Shown here one piece after another: positions 24,780-33,382 of a stretch of DNA of 64,000 nucleotides. The stretch is from Pirellulales bacterium (GTDB lineage Bacteria > Planctomycetota > Planctomycetia > Pirellulales > JAICIG01). The stretch lies in assembly GCA_025927475.1 (NCBI GenBank), contig JAICLL010000005.1:21219-85218 (forward strand). Direction: 5' to 3'. Position 1 is the first letter of the stretch. The number at the start of each line of letters is the position of its first letter. A program made the translations under genes and the position numbers. The notes below the pieces were generated by a model. The model was not told the origin of the DNA, did not search any database, and saw nothing but the letters and a program-made list of their open reading frames with translations.

Positions 24780-25919
24780 TTAGATGATATCGGCGAACGA
24801 ATCTTCGACGCGGCGAAAGTACAAACAGCCCAAGACCAGCAGGGCAACCACGCCCAAGCTCGACCAGCGGAGCATCGGCCAGGGGATCGGGCCGCCGACC
24901 ACCGCCGCGCGGAACGAAGCCACCAGACCGGTGAGGGGGTTGAGCGCGAGCAGGGAAGAAGAGAAACCGGAGGTCAGTGGCCGGGGGTCAGGGGGCGGAG
25001 AGGGGTCGGAGGTCAGTGGCCGGGGGTCAGGGGGCGGAGAGGGGTCGGAGGTCAGAGGTCGGAGGTCAGGGGACGAAGACAACGCAGATTCGGCCCTGGC
25101 CTCGGGCCGCTGGCCTCCGACGTCCGCCGGAGTGTTCATGTAAATCGAGGGCGTGGCAAACATCCAAAGCTGCACCAGAAACGGAATCACGTATCGAAAG
25201 TCGCGGTAAGCCACGTTCAAGGCCGCCAACAGCGTGCCGACGCCTAAGGCCGCCAACGCGAACAGCGCCACCAGCACGGGCACGAGCAGCAGCCCCCAGG
25301 AGGGCGGCACGCGATACCAAATCATCAAGACCAGCAGCATGCTAAAGGCGACCGCAAAATCGACCAGCGCCGCCCCCACCGACGCGAAGGGAATCGCGAG
25401 TCGAGGAAAATAAATCTTGGTGATCAGCCGTTCGGAGCCGACCACGCTGTTGCCGGCGCTGGCGATGGCGGTGGCGAAAAACGTCCAGGGCAGCAGGCCG
25501 GCGAAGACGAACAACGGATAAGGCATTCCGCCGGAATCGACGTGGGCCATGCGGCCAAAGAAAATGCTGAAGACCACCATCATCATGGCCGGCTGCAAGA
25601 CCGCCCAGGCGGCGCCCAGCACCGTTTGCTTATAGCGGACCTTCACATCGCGCCACGCCAAAAAGTAGAGCAGCTCGCGATATTGCCACAGTTCTCGCGC
25701 GTTCACAAGCTGCCAGCCGCGGGGCGGGCGGATGATGGTGCGCGGCAGCGCATCCGGCCCCACGGCTTCCGGCTGGGCATGTGGCCCAGCCGCCCCCGGC
25801 TGGGTTTCACCGCCGAGGGCGGCGGTGCCACAAGGCGCTGAGGAGGCACCATCGAGCGCGGCGCCGCCCGTAGGCGCACCGCTTACCGTTTCCATCGTCT
25901 CTTCAAGATCAGTCGACAT
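24780..25919 (-). CDS. wzm: ABC-2 type polysaccharide exporter permease with in-frame proline-rich tandem-repeat insertion
   Basis: RELLYFLAWRDVKVRYKQTVLGAAWAVLQP is the ABC-2 signature, with 6 predicted TM helices. An insertion of ..DLRPLTSDPSPPPDPRPLTSDPSPPPDPRPLTSG.. sits before the LALNPLTG motif. Confidence 0.9.
   Translation of the reverse strand: MSTDLEETMETVSGAPTGGAALDGASSAPCGTAALGGETQPGAAGPHAQPEAVGPDALPRTIIRPPRGWQLVNARELWQYRELLYFLAWRDVKVRYKQTVLGAAWAVLQPAMMMVVFSIFFGRMAHVDSGGMPYPLFVFAGLLPWTFFATAIASAGNSVVGSERLITKIYFPRLAIPFASVGAALVDFAVAFSMLLVLMIWYRVPPSWGLLLVPVLVALFALAALGVGTLLAALNVAYRDFRYVIPFLVQLWMFATPSIYMNTPADVGGQRPEARAESALSSSPDLRPLTSDPSPPPDPRPLTSDPSPPPDPRPLTSGFSSSLLALNPLTGLVASFRAAVVGGPIPWPMLRWSSLGVVALLVLGCLYFRRVEDSFADII
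24969..25072. repeat. 39-bp tandem repeat (2 identical copies + partial third) inside wzm
   Basis: GGAGGTCAGTGGCCGGGGGTCAGGGGGCGGAGAGGGGTC at 24969-25007 and 25008-25046, with a degenerate third copy to 25072. 39 bp equals 13 codons, so the repeat is in frame. Confidence 0.9.
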
Positions 25920-25947
25920 TCACTACGCCCGGTGCCGGCAAAAAAGC

Positions 25948-25985
25948 GAGAATCCAAAATCCAAAATCGAAAACCCAAAATCGCC
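25948..25985. repeat. AT-shifted variant of the GATTCGGG-type repeat in the ligase-wzm spacer
   Basis: GAGAATCCAAAATCCAAAATCGAAAACCCAAAATCG; on the mRNA strand this reads as periodic GATTTTGG units followed by a T-run. Confidence 0.6.
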
Positions 25986-27299
25986 TCACCCGCCCCAGCG
26001 GGCGAAGACGCGGACAAACAAATAGATGGCGGCCAACATCGCCAGGCTCGCGCCTGCTACATGTTTGACCAATTGCTTGCCCAGGGGTTCTTCGGCCACT
26101 CCGATCGTCGGCTGCAATTGTCCCAAAAAACTGGCGGCCAGGCCGAGCGTGAGATAGGTCGGCAACACGTAGGGCCGCGAAATGGTGAGCATGCTCGCCG
26201 CGCAGCCGCTGACGACTGCCAAGAGATACGGCCGCAGCCGTGCCGACTCGGGATCGAGCTCGGTCAGACCGTCGGCCGGCAACTGGTAGAGCGCTCGGAT
26301 GGTATAAAAAAACAGGCCCAAAAAGATTGCTCCACCGAACAGCCCCAACTCCGCGAAGCAGTGGACATACGAGTTGTGGGCCACCAGCCCGGCTTCTTCG
26401 GCGTAGCGGTTTTGACCGATGCCAAACAGCGGCGAACTGCGTAACATGCCCAATCCCTGCGACCAAAGCTTGATGCGTTCTTGCCCGGTGCCCTGCTCCA
26501 TGGCGCCGCCGATATTCGCCTGCCTGCCTTTTGCCACGAGCAGCAGGGCCGGCAAGGTGATCGCTCCCACCAAAATCGCCTTGCGCCAGCCATAGCGGGC
26601 CTGAAACAGCAGTCCCAGCGCGGCCATTAGGGCCAGCAGCCCGCCGCGTGAACGCGTCAGCAGCAGCGCGTAGCCGCAGGCCGCCAGTACCGCCACCGCC
26701 ACGAGCCGCGCCGAGCCCCCTTGCTGGTCGGTCGCCAAATACGCGGCAATGACAATGCCGGCCACGGCGATCATCGACAGGTCGTTGGGATCGTTGAAGA
26801 TGCCCGTGCTCCGCAGCCGCGAAACAACGTAGACGATGCCGGTCTCCGGATCGACGTCGTGGTCCTGCAGCGTGGTCAGCGCCGGCAGGTCGATCCAGGC
26901 GTGATATTGCAACAGCGCCAGCCCGACCGTGACGGCGATGCAGGCCAACAGCCAGAACAGAAACGTGCGCAGCCGCCCGGGCGAATCGACGTTGGCCAAC
27001 AGCAGAAAGAAGTAGATCACCGTTTTCAAGAACTGCAGCGCGTCGAAGCGGGCGCTCCAGAGATCGAAGTGCGAGGCGTGCGAAAGGAAGATGGCCGCCA
27101 GCATGCCCAGCACACCCAGCGCAATAGGCCGCTCGATCAGCCGCCGCCACGAGAGCAACTCGGTCAACGACCGCAACGAAGTCAGCAAGCAGGCCAAGAT
27201 CAGGCATTCGTAGATCGGCACGGTCGCCAGGTCGGGCACAATCTCGCCCGGGCGGACAAACAACGTCGCATTGACCAAGAGGAACAGAACGAACGACAT
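25986..27299 (-). CDS. O-antigen ligase/polymerase-like (Wzy_C family) membrane protein
   Basis: About 10-12 TM helices and an STGIFNDPNDLSMI loop motif typical of O-antigen-ligase-like proteins. The position matches exosortase-associated O-glycosylation ligase genes. Confidence 0.82.
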   Translation of the reverse strand: MSFVLFLLVNATLFVRPGEIVPDLATVPIYECLILACLLTSLRSLTELLSWRRLIERPIALGVLGMLAAIFLSHASHFDLWSARFDALQFLKTVIYFFLLLANVDSPGRLRTFLFWLLACIAVTVGLALLQYHAWIDLPALTTLQDHDVDPETGIVYVVSRLRSTGIFNDPNDLSMIAVAGIVIAAYLATDQQGGSARLVAVAVLAACGYALLLTRSRGGLLALMAALGLLFQARYGWRKAILVGAITLPALLLVAKGRQANIGGAMEQGTGQERIKLWSQGLGMLRSSPLFGIGQNRYAEEAGLVAHNSYVHCFAELGLFGGAIFLGLFFYTIRALYQLPADGLTELDPESARLRPYLLAVVSGCAASMLTISRPYVLPTYLTLGLAASFLGQLQPTIGVAEEPLGKQLVKHVAGASLAMLAAIYLFVRVFARWGG

Positions 27300-27410
27300 G
27301 TGGTAGGGCGGGCACGCTGGGATTCAGGATTCGGGATTCAGGGAAGAAAGGCCGGCCACAAGGGCCGGAGCTACCTCGTCCGCCACTCGCCACTCGTCAC
27401 CCGCCACCGT
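27300..27410. repeat. composite repeat block in the spacer between sugar transferase and ligase-like gene
   Basis: GGGATTCAGGATTCGGGATTCAGGGAAGAAAGG (27319-27351) matches 9851-9883. GCCGGCCACAAGGGCCGGAGCTAC matches 11500-11523. This is followed by GCCACTCGCCACTCGTCACCCGCCACCG. Confidence 0.8.
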
Positions 27411-28238
27411 CTATGTGGTTAGCTCCAGGGCGCACGGCGTGGACGAGTCGTCGGGAATCAGTTCAAACGGCGCGGCGCGGCGAAGATCGATCCGGGACGT
27501 GCGGCGCAGACCCAGCAGCCGCAGCAAGACCACCGTGCGGATGTGGAACAAACGCAAGAACGTCGCCAGCAGAATTCGCAGGTCGAGCAGCAGGCTGCCG
27601 CGGGCCACGTATTCCAAGTCGAGCAGCAGCTTGCGCCGCACGCTTTCGAGATCGGTATCGGGCGGCAAGTTGATTTGGGCCAAGCCCGTGATGCCAGGCC
27701 GAACCAACAGGCGGTCGGTGTAATTGGGCAACTCGCGGGCCAGCAGAGCCACAAACTCGGGGCGTTCGGGGCGAGGTCCCATCAGGGCCATTTCGCCTTT
27801 GACGACGTTGAACAACTGGGGGAACTCATCGAGGTGCAGCCGCCGCAGCACACGGCCCAGCGGCGTGACTCGCGGGTCGCGGTCTTGAGCCCAGACGGGG
27901 CCCGTGCGGGCCTCGGCGTCGAGCGACATGGTACGCAACTTGTACATCACAAACACTCGTCCGTGGCGGCCCACGCGCGTCTGCCGAAAAATGCCCGGCC
28001 CGCGTGAGGTCAGCCGCACCAGCACCACCAATAGGCCGATCAGAGGCAGCGCGGGCGCCAGCAGCACCACCCCGGCCAATCGGCAGCGCACGCCCTGCCA
28101 GGCGAAATAGGGTGCGCGCCGCGTCGTTGCGTCCTCAGACAATTGGGAAGTCGCCGCATCAAGTTGATGTTGTTGCATCGTTGACATCTTTCGCGCCGGA
28201 TTTGTTTTACCGCCCCACTTGACGTGAAACGGACTCAT
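27411..28238 (-). CDS. polyprenyl-phosphate glycosyl-1-phosphate transferase (bacterial sugar transferase, WbaP/EpsB-like priming enzyme)
   Basis: FRQTRVGRHGRVFVMYKLRTM..DEFPQLFNVVKGEMALMGPRPERPEF is the bacterial sugar transferase signature. Confidence 0.92.
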   Translation of the reverse strand: MSPFHVKWGGKTNPARKMSTMQQHQLDAATSQLSEDATTRRAPYFAWQGVRCRLAGVVLLAPALPLIGLLVVLVRLTSRGPGIFRQTRVGRHGRVFVMYKLRTMSLDAEARTGPVWAQDRDPRVTPLGRVLRRLHLDEFPQLFNVVKGEMALMGPRPERPEFVALLARELPNYTDRLLVRPGITGLAQINLPPDTDLESVRRKLLLDLEYVARGSLLLDLRILLATFLRLFHIRTVVLLRLLGLRRTSRIDLRRAAPFELIPDDSSTPCALELTT

Positions 28239-28269
28239 GCGATTTGGAAAGGAAAAACCTCGGCAGCTT

Positions 28270-28914
28270 TCACTGCCCCGCCCGTTTCAGGGCGGGCAAA
28301 AATGCCTCTAAAAAACTGCGGCATGGGTCGCCCGACTCGGGGCTAGCCAACGACGCCAGTTGCATCTTCATCAGGAACGGTCGGGTGGCGTAGGCCAGCC
28401 GCGGATAGTCGGGGGCCGACCAGCCGCCGCCGTCGCTCAGCGAATGCCAGGCGGTCAGACGCCGCGGGCCAGCGGGATCGGGCTGGTCGGGTTCGAACGA
28501 CGTTTCCCAGAACTCGGCCGACGCCTTGCCCGGCAGCTCGATCTTTTTCCGCAGCGGCGAGGATTCCACGTGATAGCCCTGGCTCGAAAAACAGATTTCC
28601 GGCGTATGCACGGCGGTGGGGCCGGGCGGGCCGACCAGCAGCGTGAGCGTCACGGTGTCGCCGGTCTCGCGGTTGCGGTAGCTGCGGTAGACCGAGCCGG
28701 CGCACTGCAACATTTCGACTAAGTGGGGTTCGAGCGACAGCTCGGCTTGCACTTGCCAGGGGCCGAACTCGGACGGCGTATGCGCCAATTGGTCGACCGC
28801 CGCCCCCATCGAGTCGCCCCCCCGCAGCCAGGCCACCGCATCGGGCAAGTAGCCCGAGCCAAGCGTCAGGGCCAGGGCGAGAATCAGCAATACGTAACGG
28901 CGCGCGGGGGACAT
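28270..28914 (-). CDS. EpsI-family exosortase-associated protein
   Basis: N-terminal TM/signal, an HTPEICF motif, ~210 aa, and placement within an exosortase operon. Confidence 0.75.
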   Translation of the reverse strand: MSPARRYVLLILALALTLGSGYLPDAVAWLRGGDSMGAAVDQLAHTPSEFGPWQVQAELSLEPHLVEMLQCAGSVYRSYRNRETGDTVTLTLLVGPPGPTAVHTPEICFSSQGYHVESSPLRKKIELPGKASAEFWETSFEPDQPDPAGPRRLTAWHSLSDGGGWSAPDYPRLAYATRPFLMKMQLASLASPESGDPCRSFLEAFLPALKRAGQ

Positions 28915-28915
28915 A

Positions 28916-31900
28916 CTAGCGTACGTTGGCTTCGAGCTTCAGCAGTTCTTGGCGTTCGGCGGGCGGCAGCAGTTCGGCTGCCAGATTGCTTTGTCGGGCT
29001 TCTTCAAACACCTGCCGCGCGTCGTCGGTCTTACCCAGGTATTGCAGGCTCAACGCCAGGTGAAATCGGTGACGCGCGCTGGTGGGCGACAGCGCCAAAG
29101 CGTCTTTGAACAATGAAGCCGCTTCGTCGGCCTCGTGCTGTTGCAAAAGCACCCAGCCCTTGGTGTCGAGCAGCTCGGCCTGCAGGCCGCCGATCTGCAG
29201 CGCCCGCTCGATGTATTCCAGCGCCTCGCGCCGGCTGTCGGCCCGCTGGCTCAACAATAGCGCCATGTTGTTCAGCGACGCCACGTTCTTCGGATCGAGC
29301 GCCAACATCTGCCGCAGCAGGCGGATGGCTTCGTCGGTGTTGCCTTGCATGGCGTACATCGCCGAAGTGCCAAACAGCAACAGCCGGTCGTCGGGATGGT
29401 TGGCCAAGGCGGCGGTGATCAGCGGCTCGGCTCGGCGGCGGTCGTCTTCATCCACGGTGCCCACCGTGATGACCGCGGCCAAGGCCACCGCCAAGCGAGC
29501 CTCGGTGTCGTCCGCGGCCAGGCACAGCTCGATGCCTTCGTGTGCCCGGCCATGTCGCGCCAGCCAAATGGCCAACGGCACATAGGCTTTCGGCTGCAGG
29601 TTGAGGGCCTGGCGATAGGCGGTTTCGGCGGGTTGGGCCAGGTCGATCGAGGCATAGAGGCGGGCCACGCGGCCCAGCAATTCGGCGTGCTGCTGCGGCG
29701 ATTGCTGCGGCTGGCCCGCCAAAAACGCGGCGACCAGCGCCGGCGCTTGCTCGGTCTCGCCCTGTTCGGCCAGCAGACGCACCCGCAAGTTCAGCGTGCG
29801 GAAATGCGTGTTCTCTGGTTCCAACGCGGCGAGCCGATCGATCAGCTCGGCGGCTTTCTTGAGCGTGGCGGGCTGCTTCCGGGCCGATCGCAACAGGTGA
29901 TCGGCGAAGGCCGCCAGGTGAGCCGGCTCGGGCTGGTCGCGCTGCACCAGCAGCTCGAGCTGTTCGCGGGCCTTGCTCCATTGGCCCTGCGCTTCGTAGA
30001 GCCGGGCCAGCAACAACCGGTCGATGGTGGCGGCGCCGTTCGCGCTGCTGACGAGCGACTCGAGTACTTGCCGGGCGCGATCGCGAAAGCTCACTCCCCC
30101 GCGCCGCAGCAACAGAATTGCCTTCAGCCGCTGATCGGCGATCTCGGGCGCGCCGCCGCCCGAGCGATCGAGCAGCGTCCAAACCTCGTCCAGTTCGCTC
30201 TCGGCGTGTGCGCGCAGCGCCAGCAGGGTGGCCAGCATGCGCTCGGCGGCGCCTCCGCCCGGCTCGAGCTCGACCACGTGCCGGAGATATTGCTCGCTCC
30301 GTTGAGGATCGGTGCGGAAGAAAAAGTGGGCGGCCTGCAAGAGCACCGCCGCGCGATGGGGATTTCGCTCCACCGCCTCGAGAAACAAGGTGCGTGCGCG
30401 GTCGGCGTCGCCGAGCAAAGCATAACCTTGGGCCAGGAAGAAGGGCCGATCCTGATCGCTCAAAAGCGCACGATCGTCGATTTGCTTCAGCAACCCGCGG
30501 CCGGCTTCGAGCTGCTCCGTTTGATGATAGAAGGCCAGCAGCGCCGACCAGGTGCGCGGGTCGGACGTGGCCAGCTCCCACGCGCGGCGCAGTTCGGCTT
30601 CCGCTTCGACCAGGCGCGGCTCGCGATCGGGCCCCTCCGCGGGCAAGTCGACCGACAGCAACTGACCCAGCCGCATGTGGGGCAGAGCGTCGTCGGGCGC
30701 GCGAGCAGTCTCGCGGCGGGCGATTTCGATGGCCCGCACCAGGTTGCCTTGCCGCAGATCGGTGGCCATGGCTAGCGCCGCCAACTCGGGCGGCACGTCG
30801 GCGGCCTGCCGCAAGCGGTCGAGATAAGCGTCGGCCTCAGCGAGGCGGTTTTGCCGCAGCAGCAAACCGATCATTTCTTGATACACCGCCACGCGCCGCT
30901 CGCCCAACCGCAGGGCCTGGCCGTAGGCCTGAATGGCGGTCTCGTCATCGGGCTTGGCTTGCATCTGCGCCACACGCGCCTTCAGCAAGTGCGACGGGGG
31001 CCAATAGGGCCGCCGCGCTTCGAGCTCGCGTTGTAGTGTCCGCGCCTCGTCGATGCGCATGCGGCGCGCCGCGGCGTCGGTCAGGCCAGCCGCCTCGCCC
31101 AGCAAACACTGCGCACGATAAAACCGCCAGCCGGCCTGGGCATCGACCCGCGACGATGCCTCGAGCTGGTCTACCCGGCGACGAGCGTCGGCCACCTTGC
31201 CCGCATCCAGATCGAGTTCGACCAGCATTTGCAGCGGCAGTACATCTTCGGGATCTTCCTCGACGAGCTTTTCCAACTCGGCGCGAGCGGGCGCTTGCTT
31301 GCCGGCGGCCAAATCCAACAACGCCAGTCGATAGCGCACCGCTCGACGCTCAGGCACAGACAAACCGGCCAGGCCGCGAGACAATGCGGCGGCGGCTTCG
31401 TCTTCGCGATCGCGCCGATAGAGCAGGTCGGCTTCGAGCAGTAAGACGGCCAGTGACTGTCCTTGCTCGGCTCGCAGGCGGTCGAGCAGTCGGTCGGCCT
31501 TGGCGGCAGATCCGGACCGTTCATAGTCGAATGCCAGCCGGCCGGCCAGTCGGGGGGCCTCGAGCACTGCCGGCTCCAGGGCCTCAAACCGTTGTGCGGC
31601 CAACTCGGTCTGACCTCGGACTAATTCATATTCGGCGGCCAGCAGTTTGAGCAATGTGCTGTCGGGCAGCCGCTGCGACGCGCCGGCCAGCGATTGCTGA
31701 AACACGTGCCAGTCGCGTTTGGCCGGAGGCAGCATCACCTGCTGCCGCAGCCGGGCATCGACCAACGATTCCCAGCCGGCGGTCGATTGCGGATCGAGCG
31801 CTAGAGCCTCTTCATAATGCCGCAGCGCTTCGTCGAGCCAGCCCGCTTGCTCCCAGGCTTGGGCGGCAGCTAAGTGGGCCGCGACCTCGCGCGGCTGCAA

Positions 31901-33379
31901 CTCGGCGGCGTTTTGATAGGCCGCCGCAGCGTGGTCCCACATCCGCAGTTGCGCGTAGCACTGACCGAGCTGCATCCAAACTCGATGGTTACCCGCCGCC
32001 CGGTTGGCGGTGATCGCTCCGCCCTGTCGCAATTCCAACACCCGCTTCAGCAGTGGCACGGCTTCGCCATACTGCGCGCGGCCGGTGGCGCTGTCTGCCC
32101 GCAGTGAGTACAGCGCGGCCAGCCACTGCGTTTGCTCCGCACCGAACAAATGCAGGATCTGCCGTTCCATCGGGTCGATCAGCGCTTGAGCCTCATCAAA
32201 CTGTCGCTCCCGCAGATAGGCCGATGCCAGTTGGGCTTGCAACCGCATGTCGTCGCCGCCGGTCGCCTTCAACCCCGACCGCCAGGCGTCCATGGCCTGA
32301 GGCAGGTCGTCCTCGGCCTCGTAGGTTTGCCCGAGCAGCGAATAGCCCTGCGGCTCGGCCGGCCTGAGGCGAATCAATCGCTGGAAGCAGTCGCGAGCGG
32401 TTTGCCATTGCTGCTGGTCTTGGGCGTGCAGACCCGCCGCCATCGCCAGCGAGGCGTTGGTGTGGTTTCGATCGGCGACCTCAGCCGAGCGCAAGTCGTC
32501 GTTGGCGCCGGGTAGATCGAACTCGTTTCGATACAGATAACGAGCCAGCAGCGCCTGCACGTTTGCCCGCCCGGCAGCCACCAGCCGGTCCATCACTTCG
32601 TCGGCCTGGAGAGCCCGCTTCTCGGGCGATGGCTGCCGCAACTCGGTGCGATAAAACCGAGCCAGGTGTGTGGCCACCTCCACGTCGGCCGGATCGGCCT
32701 CGTGGGCCGCGACCAATGCCCTGTGTACTTTTTCGTCGGAACTTTCGTTTTTGACATGATAGCGTGCGTGCAATGCCAATGCTTTTACGCGCAGGGCGTC
32801 CGTGTCCTGCGGCTGCTGGCCGAGCAGCTCATCGGCCCTTTGTAAGGCGGCTTCGTGGTCGCCCAGTTCGAGCAACAGCTTCAGGTGGCGGCGGCGCCAC
32901 TGCAGGTCGTTGGGCGCCAGCGAGATGGCGACCGCGTAAAGCTGCACCGCCCGCTGCTTATCGGCGCGCGTCGTGGCGGCTTTGCCAAAATCTTCGGCCA
33001 ACCGCAGCCGGGCTTCGGTATCATCGGGGCGTAGGCGAAGGAACTGGCGTAGCTCGTGGGCGGCTTGCTGCCAATCTTCGGCGCTCTCACGTTCGGCCGC
33101 TCGCTCGAGCAGGGCGTTGGCGTTGCGCTGCACCTGGTAGGCGTGCCAGAAATAGCCGGCCGGCGCCAAGATGACCACCAGCACGCCCGTGCGCACCAAC
33201 CGGCGCGTATTGACTTGCCAGCGCCGCCGCCGTTCGGCCACACGCCGTTTCGACTCGGTGTCACGCGCGCCGCCGACCGATGCGGTCGTGGAAGGCGAAG
33301 CGGGGTTATCGGTGGAAACCGGCATTTGTAGCAGTAATAGAACTCGTGAGAAGTCTGGCGGTAAGCGTGAGAACGGCAA
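28916..33379 (-). CDS. giant TPR-repeat protein (1487 aa) with N-terminal TM anchor
   Basis: Dozens of 34-aa A/L/Y-rich repeats (..AL..Y..A..L.P..) and one TM near residue 70 (VLVVILAPAGYFW). Functionally analogous to PrsT-type TPR proteins of PEP-CTERM loci, but much longer. Confidence 0.85.
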   Translation of the reverse strand: MPFSRLPPDFSRVLLLLQMPVSTDNPASPSTTASVGGARDTESKRRVAERRRRWQVNTRRLVRTGVLVVILAPAGYFWHAYQVQRNANALLERAAERESAEDWQQAAHELRQFLRLRPDDTEARLRLAEDFGKAATTRADKQRAVQLYAVAISLAPNDLQWRRRHLKLLLELGDHEAALQRADELLGQQPQDTDALRVKALALHARYHVKNESSDEKVHRALVAAHEADPADVEVATHLARFYRTELRQPSPEKRALQADEVMDRLVAAGRANVQALLARYLYRNEFDLPGANDDLRSAEVADRNHTNASLAMAAGLHAQDQQQWQTARDCFQRLIRLRPAEPQGYSLLGQTYEAEDDLPQAMDAWRSGLKATGGDDMRLQAQLASAYLRERQFDEAQALIDPMERQILHLFGAEQTQWLAALYSLRADSATGRAQYGEAVPLLKRVLELRQGGAITANRAAGNHRVWMQLGQCYAQLRMWDHAAAAYQNAAELQPREVAAHLAAAQAWEQAGWLDEALRHYEEALALDPQSTAGWESLVDARLRQQVMLPPAKRDWHVFQQSLAGASQRLPDSTLLKLLAAEYELVRGQTELAAQRFEALEPAVLEAPRLAGRLAFDYERSGSAAKADRLLDRLRAEQGQSLAVLLLEADLLYRRDREDEAAAALSRGLAGLSVPERRAVRYRLALLDLAAGKQAPARAELEKLVEEDPEDVLPLQMLVELDLDAGKVADARRRVDQLEASSRVDAQAGWRFYRAQCLLGEAAGLTDAAARRMRIDEARTLQRELEARRPYWPPSHLLKARVAQMQAKPDDETAIQAYGQALRLGERRVAVYQEMIGLLLRQNRLAEADAYLDRLRQAADVPPELAALAMATDLRQGNLVRAIEIARRETARAPDDALPHMRLGQLLSVDLPAEGPDREPRLVEAEAELRRAWELATSDPRTWSALLAFYHQTEQLEAGRGLLKQIDDRALLSDQDRPFFLAQGYALLGDADRARTLFLEAVERNPHRAAVLLQAAHFFFRTDPQRSEQYLRHVVELEPGGGAAERMLATLLALRAHAESELDEVWTLLDRSGGGAPEIADQRLKAILLLRRGGVSFRDRARQVLESLVSSANGAATIDRLLLARLYEAQGQWSKAREQLELLVQRDQPEPAHLAAFADHLLRSARKQPATLKKAAELIDRLAALEPENTHFRTLNLRVRLLAEQGETEQAPALVAAFLAGQPQQSPQQHAELLGRVARLYASIDLAQPAETAYRQALNLQPKAYVPLAIWLARHGRAHEGIELCLAADDTEARLAVALAAVITVGTVDEDDRRRAEPLITAALANHPDDRLLLFGTSAMYAMQGNTDEAIRLLRQMLALDPKNVASLNNMALLLSQRADSRREALEYIERALQIGGLQAELLDTKGWVLLQQHEADEAASLFKDALALSPTSARHRFHLALSLQYLGKTDDARQVFEEARQSNLAAELLPPAERQELLKLEANVR

Positions 33380-33382
33380 CGT

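Noticed and set aside
25909-27393. 494-aa minus-strand ORF overlapping the O-antigen-ligase-like gene in another frame
   Set aside because: It is Arg/Gly/Ala-rich with no motifs and has the composition typical of an off-frame ORF in high-GC DNA. The alternative frame (25986..27299) gives a coherent multi-TM Wzy_C-like protein.
29345-31650. Long plus-strand ORFs (476 and 510 aa) antisense to the TPR gene
   Set aside because: They have low-complexity R/G/A/P composition and no recognisable domains. The opposite strand encodes a continuous 1487-aa TPR protein, so these are high-GC antisense artefacts.
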